From Octopus sinensis (Eukaryota), in the NCBI RefSeq assembly GCF_006345805.1, contig NC_042998.1, positions 181,102,001 to 181,166,000 on the forward strand: a stretch of DNA of 64,000 nt, written 5' to 3'. Each line of letters begins with the position of its first letter. Within the stretch, counting starts at the first letter, position 1. The position numbers and the translations under genes are program-made. The notes beneath the pieces are model-generated. The model searched no databases. It was not told the DNA's origin and saw only the letters and a program-made list of their open reading frames with translations. Below are positions 50,401-63,768 of this stretch, piece after piece.

Positions 50401-52455
50401 CAAAACATGTCATAATCAACAACAACCATATATCCTTGGTCAAAACAATATAAGAAAGTTTAAAAAAAAAAGCTTCAGTGAATTATTAAAGGTTACAAAA
50501 ACCGAAACTAAATTTTTGTTGCTAACTAAAAGAAACAAAATGTCAGTGAAACGTTTCTTATCACAAAGATCTGGTTTAGTTTCTTTTCTTTAGCTTTATT
50601 TTGACTTTAACTTCTTTCATATTTGTTAGCAATATTTTTTCTGCTTTCTTAAAAGAAAAAACAGAGAAACAAACGTTTCACTCAAGATGTCATAATGTCA
50701 GTTCTCCTAGACACGAGAAATTATATCTTTCTAAGTAAATAATAATAACAACGATGATGATGATGATGATGACGACGACGACAACAACAACAGCAACAAC
50801 AAAAATAGCAACAACAACAACAACAACAATAATAATACACCAAACAATTTTCTGTAATCTAGCTTTCGCTTAATGTAGTAAAAATCTCTCGTTTTCCATG
50901 ATTAAATATCTTCCTTTTACAGTGAGTTATTGTAGAATGTATCTAAACTTCCACTTTTGTAATTGAATACAACGCAGCATCGCTTTTTTTTTTTTTGTCG
51001 AATAGGCGATACGCCAAATAGTTCAATCAATCGATGTAATATATGCTGTTACTTATTGGTTGTGAAAAGATAACGGTCAAATTTAAGACCCAGTCAAAGC
51101 AAGATTTTTAAATGAGAAGTACCTCTAAATAGCATCGGGTACGGTACTGATTCTTTTGTACAAAATCATTTTTCAGATTCAATGCAATATTCTAAGTACA
51201 TACAATGGAGAAAGCTTCCTAAGAAATAAATTCACAATACAGTTTCATTCCTTTTTGAAACATTTTCTATTAGTAGATAAATTCTGCGTGGAAAGCATAG
51301 ACATAACAATTCTAGAATACTACTTGAAAAATACAAATTCTTCGTTCCTGTTTTCTTTACTTTGTTAAAACCCTGACCTAGAGAAAGATGCGTTTTGTTC
51401 GATTTTCACATACTCCACAACCACCGATTTGTGAGATTAATTCGGTTGATATTCCGCTTAATTATTTGTAGGACAACAGAAAAAAAAAATGGTTGCAGAA
51501 AGTGATCTTCAGTGGGTTGAATAAGAGGTGGAATGTGTAGTGTTTTGTACAGTATTTTGGAAATGAGACTCATTGTGGATGATGGAAGGAGAGATGAAAG
51601 AGTAAAAATGATAGGCAGATAACTTGTTCAAAGGATCAGAAAAAGTAGTAGTACGATAGAAGAGGCAACTAAAGAAGAGGAAATTGCGTGTTGGTGGATA
51701 AAATATGGGAAACAGACATATCTCGTTGTACTGAATGAGATTTAGCGGGAGTGTGTGAGCATGCGTGTGTGCATAGCAGCGGCATCGTCTCGTCATCATC
51801 TCGGTCTTCCAATGTGCCGTTTATTTGAAACTTATGAAAAGAGATTTCTCAACATTAATACTGCCTCGGAAATATATAACAATTACAACTGTCCAGTAAA
51901 ATGCAAATAAGTGCTCTGATCGTTGGATCCAAGTGGGCCTCGAGATAATCGGACGATCTGCAAGGCTCGTTTTTATAAAACGGTGGTGCCGTTTCATGTT
52001 ACTTCTTAATGATACAAAACATGCAAAACCTTGATCCCTTTACAATCCCCATATATAATCAGTAGCCATATTTATACAAGAAATCATTTGTTATATCGAA
52101 TTAAACAACAGACATTCCATGCAATGAAGGATGAGTTGCTAACGTGTACCATGCTTTCACTGCTTGTTTTAGGTGCCCATGTAGTCGTGATCCTCTCGTC
52201 CCTTACAAACTTGACACTAGTGAAAATATCCAAGTGAAAACTAGAGGGAGTGAGGGTTGCACAAACACTGGTTTGGTACTTTATTTATCGATGCCAAGAG
52301 AATGAAATGAAAAGTTGATCTCAGTGGAATTTGAACGTAAATTCCATAGAGAAGGAACAAATATCACACCACATTATTCAATACCCTAACGATTTTACCA
52401 CTGCAAACATATTTTTAAGTTACCACGTATTGTGCACCAGGGCCAATTTTGTTAG

Positions 52456-52659
52456 TTTCTACGGCTCAATCAGAGAATGGAAGACGTGGTCTATGACGTG
52501 GCCTCTGATGGAAGGAAATTATCACCTGACCAAAACCTGAGTACTCTCAACAGAATGGACGCCATTAAAGAAACCCAGGAATCAAGTATTTGGCAGATTA
52601 AGTCACTCATTCAGAAACAGTGCAGCGGAAACTGTGCAGATGTCGACTTATACAACTGA
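52456..52659 (+). CDS. Candidate terminal coding exon, product unknown
   Basis: Acceptor ttttgttag|, open to a stop: FLRLNQRMEDVVYDVASDGRKLSPDQNLSTLNRMDAIKETQESSIWQIKSLIQKQCSGNCADVDLYN*. It lies within the repeat-poor island. No homolog recognised. Confidence 0.25.
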   Translation, partial: FLRLNQRMEDVVYDVASDGRKLSPDQNLSTLNRMDAIKETQESSIWQIKSLIQKQCSGNCADVDLYN

Positions 52660-54691
52660 CATCCACAAAGTTTCCGTCAATCAAAGTTTATAAACTTCCG
52701 GTTGACCAGAGGAGTGTGCAAAGCACAGTCCTTCAACACACGGATTTTCAACAAGTAGAGACACTGACGGAGTTTCGGTTTGATATTGTAATCATTTAAT
52801 TTCGTGTATGATGCTGACTCGCCGATGTTAGTACTGATCGAGAGAATTAATATGACCAAAGGCAATTGAAGAGCATCTGGTGGCAATTTCTAGAAGATCT
52901 AGGTTGTCTTGTTGGATAATTGTTTTGAATATTATTATTGCAAAGGAAGGATTGTATCGATGATAGAAAAGATGATGCAGGTGAATGTAAAGAAGGATGT
53001 ATGACTTTCAGCCATTTTCCCCTCCTCTTCTTTAAATCGGAGATTTTGAGTCCATATAAGAAATAATGTTCATAGTTGTTTTTATGTGTAGAAGGCCAAT
53101 CAGTAAACGAAAGGAGATACAATAACCTCAGATTTTATCCAGTAGAAGAGCAGATGTATTCAAGAAAATGGGCTGGCTTTAATTCTATAAAATCTGAATA
53201 CTAGTTCCTATGCTACAGTAAACAATATCTTACTCATAGTTATACAAGAAAAGGGCTTAACTATAACTCGACACCTTGACTAGAAATATAATATATAACT
53301 GGTTAGTGATAAATAGAAAATATTTAGTTCAATCCTTTATATTCATCTTGGCTTGGCAACATAACCTTTAAGAGAATATCTACACTCCTATTGTGCATAG
53401 ATAAGTTTCTTAAATCATCATATTTATTGAAAAGACATAAGGTCTAAAGGTTGTAGTATAGATAGAAAAATAAATTCCAATGTATATTCCTCCAATATCA
53501 ATGCGAAAGGAAGCAAAATGACATCTTTTAGAAACTCAGTTCAACTTATTAAATAAAAACAGTTTATTCTTAGATTATATTCCGCCATATCTGCAACATT
53601 TCATCCAAGCTCCTTATCTTTAATACATTAGATGTAAGCATTTTGAGTGCACATAGCTCACATTTAAATAGATGAGAATGAACACGTTAAATGACCTTTT
53701 ATTACAACCGCATTATTGCTCCTGGGCAGCACATATACTACTGCAGTTTTATGCTTCTGTCCGAAGAGAATGGGAATCAGCCCTGATTTCATTCTCTCCC
53801 GGATAAGAGGATAAGGATAATTAATTGATGATTTAAAGTTTAATATGAAGTTGAAATTGATGCAAGTTTGTGGTTTCTGGAGGTCGTAGAAAAATTATCA
53901 TTGGCAAATAGGTGTAGTAATACGCAAGCATTCTGGGGAAATATATTTCGTATGTGGGGCGCTATAAGGAGTGCCCTGTGAAGGCAAGCTGTGCTTATGT
54001 ACGATTTGCACTGATTTGGCAAATTCAGAGGAATAGCGGCAGAACGAGTTCTTTAAGAAAAAAGTCAAAACAAAGAAAAGATGTAACACGACGGAAGTTG
54101 GAAGTTTGCCAAGCAGACGGTTTTAAGATGATATAGAACATATGCAAATAGTGAGATGGTGCCTTGGCTGTAATACACCAGGTTTCTATAGCCTATAAAA
54201 AAGAATTACCAGTTCTTCAAGAGCTGAAATTCCTCATGGAAAAAAATGCACAAATTTTATGATACTGTGTTGGAGTCGAAGTTAGCATTAATTCTTCAGT
54301 ATTTCTCCAGTTTACATACAAATAATCAGATTTCTTCATGTCAGTTTTTCAGTTTTCAAACTCAAGATTAAAAAAAAAATATTTCAAGAAAAGACAAAGT
54401 GGATATACATATCATATTCGGGACGATTTCTGCAAAATAATTTAGCAAAATGAAATATAGAGTAAAATAACAAATATGCTTAACGTTATTATTATTAATG
54501 TTATTACTATTATCGCCATCATAATCATTAAGCTAGTAGGTCCAATGTATTGTCTACGTAGATATAATGATGTTTTTTGTTATTCATGCGTAGTAAAAAC
54601 ATTGCTGAGAAGAGTGTTTCTTAACGTTACTTGCTAAGGTTTCAATAACAATATTTGTGTGCTTTCGTGTATAATTTTGTGTGTGTGTTTG

Positions 54692-54747
<56 letters not shown>

Positions 54748-54999
54748 AGAAATCATACTTATATGAATGCATTCTTGCATGTATACGTATATGCAGGCAC
54801 ATATGAGTTTCCAATAACATCTTAGGTTTATTTATGCAAGCAAAAGTACGTGCGCATGCATACATCGTTCTCAACACTAACAAATGTATATACGCATATA
54901 TATGCGCATAGATATGTGTGTGTGCGTATGTGTGTATATATGCCATATATATAGATATGTATATATACATGTATGTATTTATATATATATATATGCATG

Positions 55000-55141
<142 letters not shown>

Positions 55142-56113
55142 ACGTTTATATATGTACATATATATATATATCAACGTGTATGTGTGTGTGTGTGTTCAGG
55201 AATTCATTCTTATTCCTGTGCGCATGTTCACTACATGAACATACATTCATATATTTATGCATTAACATATAGTCCTCCTCAACCCCTTGTTCTTCACAGA
55301 TATATTATTACGAGTTTGTCACTATCACGCTTAACTAACTGGAACCGGCAAATAAAGACGATTACTCAGTCATTTATATTGTAATTTAAAATGAATTGTT
55401 CCTTCCTGTTTATGCCTGAAAGCCTCCCTCGACGCCCTCCTCTCTGTTCCTCTTGATCTCTTTCTGACACATTGTTTCTTTATGATGAATATCGTACTCT
55501 TTTCGTCATATTTCGTAATATTAAGTTATATTGTTCATAGGATTATTAATATTCAGATATGAATTTCCGTTTCCTGTTTTGGCCATACTATACTGCCTTT
55601 GTGTTACATGGAAAATGCTTTGTACATATCTTAACAAACAGGCATATTTAAGGACAATGAAAAATAATGTAATATCGTAATTAATGTGAAAGAAAGGCAT
55701 ACGTTGATCCAGCTTAGCAGATTCCCCCTTCGGAAGAGCAACTATCTAAGCGTAACGTTTACAATCATATTTCGTATTAATGTTCTTCTTCTTGTTAGCG
55801 ATATTAGCTTTCTAATCACCTGAGAAATGCTTTACACTATTTACTTTTGTTGTTCGCGGGTTAAGATTGAGAAATCGATTAAATTGATACCCGTGATATA
55901 CCTGGGATAGATTCAGTTTTTTAAAAAATGGAATAGATTCTTTTTCTCCTCGCGGAGATAAATTTATTCCACTTTTGAACTGCTTCTTCTCACTGGCTGC
56001 CGAGGTGGACGACCAATGGTTTTCTCAGACCCTTCCTAGTATTTCTTTCGTTGTATAGAAGAGATTCAGCTGACTACATATATATATATATATATACGCA
56101 CACACACACATAT

Positions 56114-56224
<111 letters not shown>

Positions 56225-56326
56225 ACATATAGAAAAAAGGTTTGAAAATGCAATTTAAACGATGTTTATTTACTTAACCGGTTTCACTCTTTGGTAAAAG
56301 ATTGTCAAAAGTTACATTTAAGGAAA

Positions 56327-56467
56327 CATTGAATAATATGGGTTCAAAAAAAGCTTTTTACATAATTGTCACATTGAATATTATGCATTCAAAAAAGTTT
56401 TTTACATAATTGTCACATTGGATATTATGAATTCAAAAATGTTTTTTTGTACATAATTGTCACATTA
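56327..56467. repeat. Minisatellite, three copies of a 44-47 bp unit
   Basis: cattgaata.tatg..ttcaaaaaa..tttttacataattgtca starting at 56327, 56372 and 56416. Confidence 0.9.
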
Positions 56468-56766
56468 CATGTATAAATATAGTGTTTGGTAACAGAGAAG
56501 TTCAATAGTGTGATGAGAATATTTGGGAAAATTTGGCAGAAAAGGATAAAACAAATATATTATTGGGAATTGGTTGCGTTAATTATTGGTTGTCGCAAAT
56601 TGTCACATTACATGTATATATATACAATCTTTGGTATATATATATACAGCCTTTTGACAGCAAAAATTAAAATGGATTTTTTATACATCTCAGAATATTT
56701 TAAGTTCAAGGCGAGAATATGTTTTTACTGACCTGTCGGTATTAGCAGAAAGGCTGAACTATATAC

Positions 56767-56858
<92 letters not shown>

Positions 56859-57010
56859 TAATTTTAATATTTTGGACTAATGGATATATGTCGATTAGTG
56901 TGTTGAAGTGTTGAGTAGAGCACTGGCTAAGTTTGGGCTACCTGGTTCCATCCGTAGTTGGGGTATATTTCCGTTGGTTCTACTTCAGGAACTTCGCAGT
57001 GTTAGATGAG

Positions 57011-57043
<33 letters not shown>

Positions 57044-57090
57044 TAATAATAATAATAATAATAATAATATTAATAATAATAATAATAATA

Positions 57091-57126
<36 letters not shown>

Positions 57127-57128
<2 letters not shown>

Positions 57129-57389
57129 TTCTTAAGTAACCAGAAGATGGATGTGGTATTAATCTTTATTTTATACGACGGTCGTTTCGACCCGTCCTGC
57201 TACTGTCCCTCATCGGTGGGACACAGCTCTATGTATGCATTACGAGATGAGACCCAGACTGCAAAATGGCTGTAACACAACATGTTGAACAGAGTCCCAC
57301 TCATAAGAAACAGTAGCAGGGTGGGTCAAAACGACCGTTGTACAAAATAAAGATTAATATCAGATCCATCTTCTGGTTACTTAAGAAAT
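57127..57389. mobile_element. Foldback MITE with about 100-bp imperfect TIRs and TA flanks
   Basis: TA|atttcttaagtaaccagaagatgga ... tccatcttctggttacttaagaaat|TA. Confidence 0.85.
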
Positions 57390-57539
57390 TACTACTACTA
57401 CTACTACCACTACTACAACTACTACTACTACTACTACCACTACTACTACTACAACTATTATTATTATTATTATCATTATTATTATTATATACATACATAC
57501 TACATACATACACGCACACACACGCACACACGCACACAC

Positions 57540-57631
<92 letters not shown>

Positions 57632-57633
<2 letters not shown>

Positions 57634-57793
57634 CAAAGTTCAAATTCCGCCGAGGTCGACTTTGCCTTTCATCCTTTCGGGGTCGATAAACTGAGTACCA
57701 GTTACGCACTGGGGTCGATATAATCAATTTAATCCGTCTGTCTGTCCTCGTTTGTCTCCTCTGTGTTTAGCCCCTTGTGGGTAGTAAAGAAAT
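57632..57793 (+). mobile_element. 5'-truncated SINE family B
   Basis: agttcaaattccgccgaggtcgac...gtagtaaagaaata. Confidence 0.9.
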
Positions 57794-58532
57794 ATATATG
57801 TATGTATATCCCGAACCATCCGATAATCAAATTTTCCTAGGATCCTATATATAACTTATAATTATTGCTACTAGTGTATAGCGGGGGTCGTAGAGTAAGA
57901 GGTGAGTGCCCAGCCAATCGTGTCCAATGGTTTGAATTCTCAGCTGAAACTATTTTCTTCAGTTACATTTGATAATAATCTGGAGGTCTCACTTAAATCT
58001 TTTTTTCTCTTTAACCTCCTTCAGTTATGATTTTAGTTCCATCGTAACGATGGAACTAAAAGCTTCTACGCCAATAATTCAACAACTTCTGAAGGATCGT
58101 TCACATTAACATCAAGCTGATGTGTAAATCTATTCAGTTACTTATACAACTCTCATGTGTTGTGCTTCACCAGAATAGACTATTATCTATGACGTTGTTG
58201 ATGTTGTTAGATGTTTATTCAGATGGAAAGTTACATTTTATAAAAATTGAACGCAGATCTATTTCGAAGTGAATCGCCAATATATATAATTTCCTATCGC
58301 GAGCTAAAGATAGCTTAAAGTCATTTGATAAATCGATAGTAAGACTGTTATGACAAAATGTTATGATAGTAGTATTGAATTTAAAGCTAATCAAATTGGT
58401 TTTGGATATATTCGTCATCTGTGTGTGACATTGATATAAAATATTACGAGTTTTAAGTTGTTCAATATGGTATTTTTGTTTCATGGGTACCAGCAGTAAA
58501 AAAAAAAGCGAGGTGTAAGATAGACTTATGTA

Positions 58533-58953
58533 TACTCTTTACTCTTTACTCATTTACTTGTTTCAGTCATTTGACTGCGGCCATGCTGGAGCACCGCCTT
58601 TAGTCGAGCAAATCGACCCTGGGACTTATTCTTCGTAAGCCTAGTACTTATTCTATCGGGACTCTTTTGCCGAACCGTTAAATGAAGAGGACATAAACAC
58701 ACCAGCATCGGTTGTCAAGCAATGCTAGGGAGACAAACACAGACACACAAACACATACACACACATATATATATATACATATATACGACAGGCTTCTTTT
58801 CAGTTTCCGTCTACCAAATCCACTCACAAGGCATTGGTCGGCCCGGGGCTATAGCAGAAGACACTTGCCCAAGGTGCCACGCAGTGGGACTGAACCCGGA
58901 ACCATGTGGTTGGTTAGCAAGCTACTTACCACACAGCCACTCCTGCGCCTATA
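58533..58953 (-). mobile_element. SINE family A, near-intact copy
   Basis: Full match. Confidence 0.93.
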
Positions 58954-59124
58954 TCTGTTTTTGGTAAACAAATATTTTTTTAGGCTTCCAGTGTAAAGCC
59001 GATATTCGGGCTTTTGCTGTGTGTGACGAAGAAGAGATCGGCCTGATTCCTCTCAGCGTTTCTAGTGCTTCATCACACATCTGTTTACGGATCACGGAGA
59101 AAATAATAGCTTATAACTATTTAT

Positions 59125-59424
59125 TACTAGCAGTATCGCCCGGCGTTGCTCGGGTTTGTAAGGGAAATAACTATATAAGCATTTTTGGAGAGTTACTTCC
59201 CTTATATAATACCAAAAAATGCATTAAAAATGGGAAAAAATGATGGTAAATTTTTTTTAAATCGTAGACTCATCGTAGACGCGCGCTAATACCCAGAAGG
59301 GCTCGATATGAATCACGACTATAAGATACCCGCTTTTGGTTACACTGCACCGCAAAATGTGGGAGTAGTTAGAAATCTAAATCGTAGGAGACAGACACAC
59401 AACTTCAATTTTATATATAAAGAT
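59125..59424 (+). mobile_element. Non-autonomous Helentron/HINE-like element
   Basis: Homologous to 23731-24129 but lacks about 90 bp between tttt(a/g)gaga direct repeats. Confidence 0.6.
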
Positions 59425-60076
59425 TATACACGAACACTAATAGATCTAAACCGCACTATGTGCTTTACGTGTCTATTTATAGAGGCTAAATAGTGGAATA
59501 CCAAAACTGATTTTTAGCATTATCCAAAAATATTCGTTTTAGCGGATGCGAATAACAAATCTACTTCTATTGTGATATTCATATCGTTGGAAGTAATTTT
59601 CCTTGCTTTATAAGAACTACATTTTACTGAATTCTCGTTCACAATTCCATACCAAAATTTTAGAAGTTTCTCGCTAACATCTCTAATTCATGAGTTAACC
59701 ATTTCAACTATTATTCAGGACTTCATTCTAACCACGTATATATATAATACAATGCTCTGCTCTAACAAGTAACGTTAATAGAGAGACTGCTAATGGTGGT
59801 TTAAGATTGTAAACATAATAAATTCTTTTCAATTGGCACAGAGAGTATTTCCTTTATAATCGAATGGATTGACTGTTATGTATTTCACTTATTCTAGAGA
59901 GATGAAAAGTAATGTTAAAACACCGTAGATTTTGAATTGAAAGTATATATGAAATTCTTACTGCAAAACAAATTGCTCATAATGCAGCATAGCTACTATT
60001 TCTAAGCTTGGTATCTTTTACGATTCATACTGTCCACTTTCGTAAAAGATTATGGCTGTTACAACTGAGTCCACGC

Positions 60077-60111
<35 letters not shown>

Positions 60112-60174
60112 TAGTAGTAGTAGTAATGGTAGTAGTAGTAGCAGCAGCAGTAGTAGTAATAAGAGTGGTAGTAG

Positions 60175-60213
<39 letters not shown>

Positions 60214-60299
60214 CAGCAACAGCAGCAGCAGCGGCAGCAGCAGTAGTAGTAGTAGTAGTAGTAGTAGTAGCAGCAGCAGCAGCAGCAGTAGCAGCAGTT

Positions 60300-60335
<36 letters not shown>

Positions 60336-60336
<1 letters not shown>

Positions 60337-60568
60337 CGGCGAGCTGGCAGAAACGTTAGCACGCCGAGTGAAATGCTCAGCGGTATTTCGTCTGCCGCTA
60401 CGTTCTGAGTTCAAATTCCGCCGAGGTCCACTTTGCCTTTCATCCTTTCGGAGTCGATTAAATAGGTACCAGTTACGCACTGGGGTCAATCTAATCGACT
60501 TAATCCGTTTGTCTGTCCTTGTTTGTCCCCTCTTTGTGTAGCCCCTTGTGGGTAGTAAAGAAATAGGT
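60336..60568 (+). mobile_element. SINE family B monomer inserted in an (AGT/AGC)n array
   Basis: gcggcgagctggcagaaacg...gtagtaaagaaataggtag with trinucleotide repeats on both sides. Confidence 0.92.
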
Positions 60569-60880
60569 AGCAGTAGTAGTGGTAGCAGCAGCAGCAACAG
60601 GGGGAAGAGGAGAGTTATAGCAGTAAGAGTATGGGGATGGATGCTACAGGTGCTATGGAGCATAGGGTCCAGGCTATCAAGTCGGCTATTAACCCAACTG
60701 CAGGTACTGATGCGAAACAATATTGTGTTGCTAATACTATGCTTGAATATGCTTATATATATAACCCCTACACATATATAAGCACATACTCACGCATATG
60801 TATATATGGATATATATATAGTACGTTTAAATATTTGTTGTGCAAGATTTTTTATGTGAAGTCGTGTGTTGAAACAGATA

Positions 60881-61067
60881 TTGTTATATTTCGGAATGGT
60901 CATATTGCCAGTTTAGCCAATAAAAACACACGCACTATATATTTGGTGTTATTTTGCTTCAGATTAATGTAAAAAATAAATATCACTGAAGCAAAATAAC
61001 ACCAAATATATAGTGCGTGTGTTTTTATTGGCTAAACTGGCAATATGACCATTCCGAAATATAACAA
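60881..61067. repeat. Perfect inverted repeat, 82-bp arms, 23-nt loop
   Basis: 60881-60962 is the exact reverse complement of 60986-61067. Confidence 0.93.
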
Positions 61068-61574
61068 GATATATATATATATATATATATTGATAAAAAC
61101 AGTCAGATAACAAAAGGAAGAGACCTCGATATTATGTAAATAGAGGAATTCATCTGTAAATGTAATATGTGACAATTATTCGGTAGCCATGATATAAGTC
61201 CAAGTTTCCCAATGCCGAGGTGGAAATCCACGCCACCATCTCTTCCGTTATCCGGCCATCGGAAAAACGCTATGAAAAGTGACCGTTATACAAAGGGAAA
61301 TTACTGTGTTATTGACCGCTATTAAGACAAAAGAGCTATTCGAATGACCGCTAAGTAAGGAAGTAAATAAGGGGGTAAAAGGTTCATAGTTTTCGCGTAA
61401 GCGCGCCTGTTCATATCTACACATGTGCGCCCGCACACCTACGTGCATGCGCATACATTCATCCACCCTCACTTGAAAACGTACACATCCTCACTCGCAT
61501 CCTTCGCCAAATGTATATGCATATACATACAAACCCACACACGCGCGCACCGTAAAGGTTCATACACACGTCTA

Positions 61575-62345
61575 CATACACCCAGCTACCAACAGACTGT
61601 GTCCTCCACTATCCATGACCTCATCACCTCCTCTCGTCTCCCCCACGGCCTCCACCCTCATTGTCCGCACCCCCACAATTTACTTCCTCCCCAAAATCCA
61701 CAACCATAACAACCCTGGCCGCCACATCTCTGACAGCAACTCCAGATATCTTGACCGTATACTTGCCCCCTAGTGGCTTCCCTCCCCTCTAACATCCATG
61801 ACAATAACCATGCGCTTCGTATGTTCAACTCTTTCTCCTTCCCTCCTGGCTCCTCTAAACTTCTCTTCACCCTCGACATCCAGGGTCTTTTCACGGTGAT
61901 CCCTCACCACGAGGAGCTGCGTGCACTCCAACATTTCCTTGACCTTCGACCCAACCCTCAACCCGACACATCCACACTCGTACGTCTGACCGAACTTGTC
62001 CTCTCACTTAACTGCTTCTCGTTCGCTGGTGATTTTTACCAGCAGGTCTCGGTAGTGGCCATGGAAACGAACGCGCACCTTCAATTTGGGATCACCACTA
62101 CTTTAATATCTCCCCTTCTTCCTAGCTCTCCTGTGTGACCCCTCTGTCCGGCATTCGCCATGATAGATCGCTAACCACTACACATTATTTATTTTCTCTC
62201 CTCGTTTCTTTCTGTGAAAGTGCGAAGGGTCGAAACATTAAAGACTTTTTCCCACCCCGAGCGTTAAACTAATACATCTGTTTGTTGCCTACACCACCTG
62301 TCTTCGCCTTTTGTTTTGTTGTTTTTTTGTGAATTCTCCCCCTAT
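61575..62345 (+). mobile_element. Internally deleted Penelope-like element: RT fragment joined to the terminal repeat
   Basis: IYFLPKIHNHNNPGRHI, LFTLDIQGLFTVIPH and NCFSFAGDFYQQVSVVAM (PLE RT motifs, frameshifted), then terminal repeat 62133-62345. Confidence 0.85.
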
Positions 62346-62364
62346 ATATATAGGTATGTGTGTG

Positions 62365-62407
<43 letters not shown>

Positions 62408-63403
62408 TGTGTGTGTGTGTGTGTGTTTGCGTGTGCGTGTGTGTGTGCGTGTGTGTGTATCTCTCCCTATATGTATGGGTGTGTGTTTGTCTGTGTATTG
62501 GGATACGAAATAATATAAGCACTAATATCCTTTATATTAAAATTGTGGCCGTTAATTCATAATTATTCATATATTTTATTATTTATTCATATCATAAACA
62601 TTGTATCAGAGATTGATTCTTTATTATGTAGAACAGTAAATACCGGCTGAATTATCTGGTAAAAATTGGAGACGTAGTTGACAAGTGATAATTTTTATCA
62701 GTAAAGAGAGGTGACAGACAGTATGTACTATAATCATTGATGAGGCTATTGTGATAGAAACGATAGGTACGATACGTGGTTTGAGTTCTTTCAAACGACT
62801 GTTGTCCTTTCTGATGTTCCAAATCATACTCAGAAATTTGTGTTTTTTTTCTTTCATTATCAAAAGTTTTACAATTGATTTATCATTGATAAAATTTATT
62901 ATTAATGCCTTTAATTTATTACTAATATATGCGCAGGTATGTCTGTGTAGTAAGAAGATTGCTTCCCGCGCATGCGTGTTGTCAGTGTTGTTCGTACCAC
63001 TGAACAGAAGTCACTATGCAGGTTTGAAGCTGGTGAAATAGTGATTAAAAAATAAGCTCAACTGTAAGGTAAGACTTTTGTTGCCGTAACTATTTTGTTA
63101 CAAACAAGAAGTCCTCACTGGATTCTGGACTCTGGTCTGCCAGCAGTTGAGTAGATAGATTTTTTCTCACTTAATTGTGAGAATTGGTGTTTTGGGGGCG
63201 TATCCAAAGATTTGTTCACTTTTAGTGAATATTTTTTTTCAAAAATTGTATGCATTCACCGAAGATACAACTTCTTTTACCAATTTTTGTGGAAGCTGTG
63301 TTCCAAGTTGTGGCGTTCCGGGTTCAGGATGAATTGCCAAATAGACCTGGACTACCGAGTGGCCAGATGATTTTTTGCTTGCTGTGTTTCTTTTTTTTTT
63401 TTT

Positions 63404-63768
63404 GGTAAGTAGCTTGCTTACCAACCACATGGTTCGGGTTCAGTCCCACTGCGTGGCACTTTGAGCAAGTGTCTTCTACTATAGCCTCGGGCCGACCAAA
63501 GCTTTGTGAGTGGATTTGGTAATCGGAAACTGAAAGAAGCCTGTCGTATATATGTATATATATATATGTGTGTGTGTTTGTGTGTCTGTGTCCTCCCAAC
63601 ATCGCTTGACAACCGATAATGGTGTGTTCGGCAAAAGAGACCGATAGAATAAGTACTAGGCTTACGAAGAATAAGTCCTGGGCTCGATTTGCTCAACTAA
63701 AGGCGATGCTCCAGCATGGCCGCAGTCAAATGACTGAAACAAGTAAAAGAGTAAAAGAGTAAAGAGAG
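63404..63768 (+). mobile_element. SINE family A copy
   Basis: Standard motifs, with a small internal deletion before cggcaaaagagacc. Confidence 0.9.

Noticed and set aside
52677-52886. TTG-start ORF with a hydrophobic N-terminus and C-x11-C spacing like an insulin B chain
   Set aside because: No ATG, no CG motif, and no A chain or dibasic processing layout; the spacing is probably chance.
56327-56467. CRISPR-like array (also the SINE B multimers)
   Set aside because: No unique spacers, units are divergent, and there are no cas genes; ordinary minisatellite or SINE concatemer.
58031-58061. 31-bp palindrome ttttagttccatcgt-a-acgatggaactaaaa
   Set aside because: Real but short and isolated, with no context to support a function.
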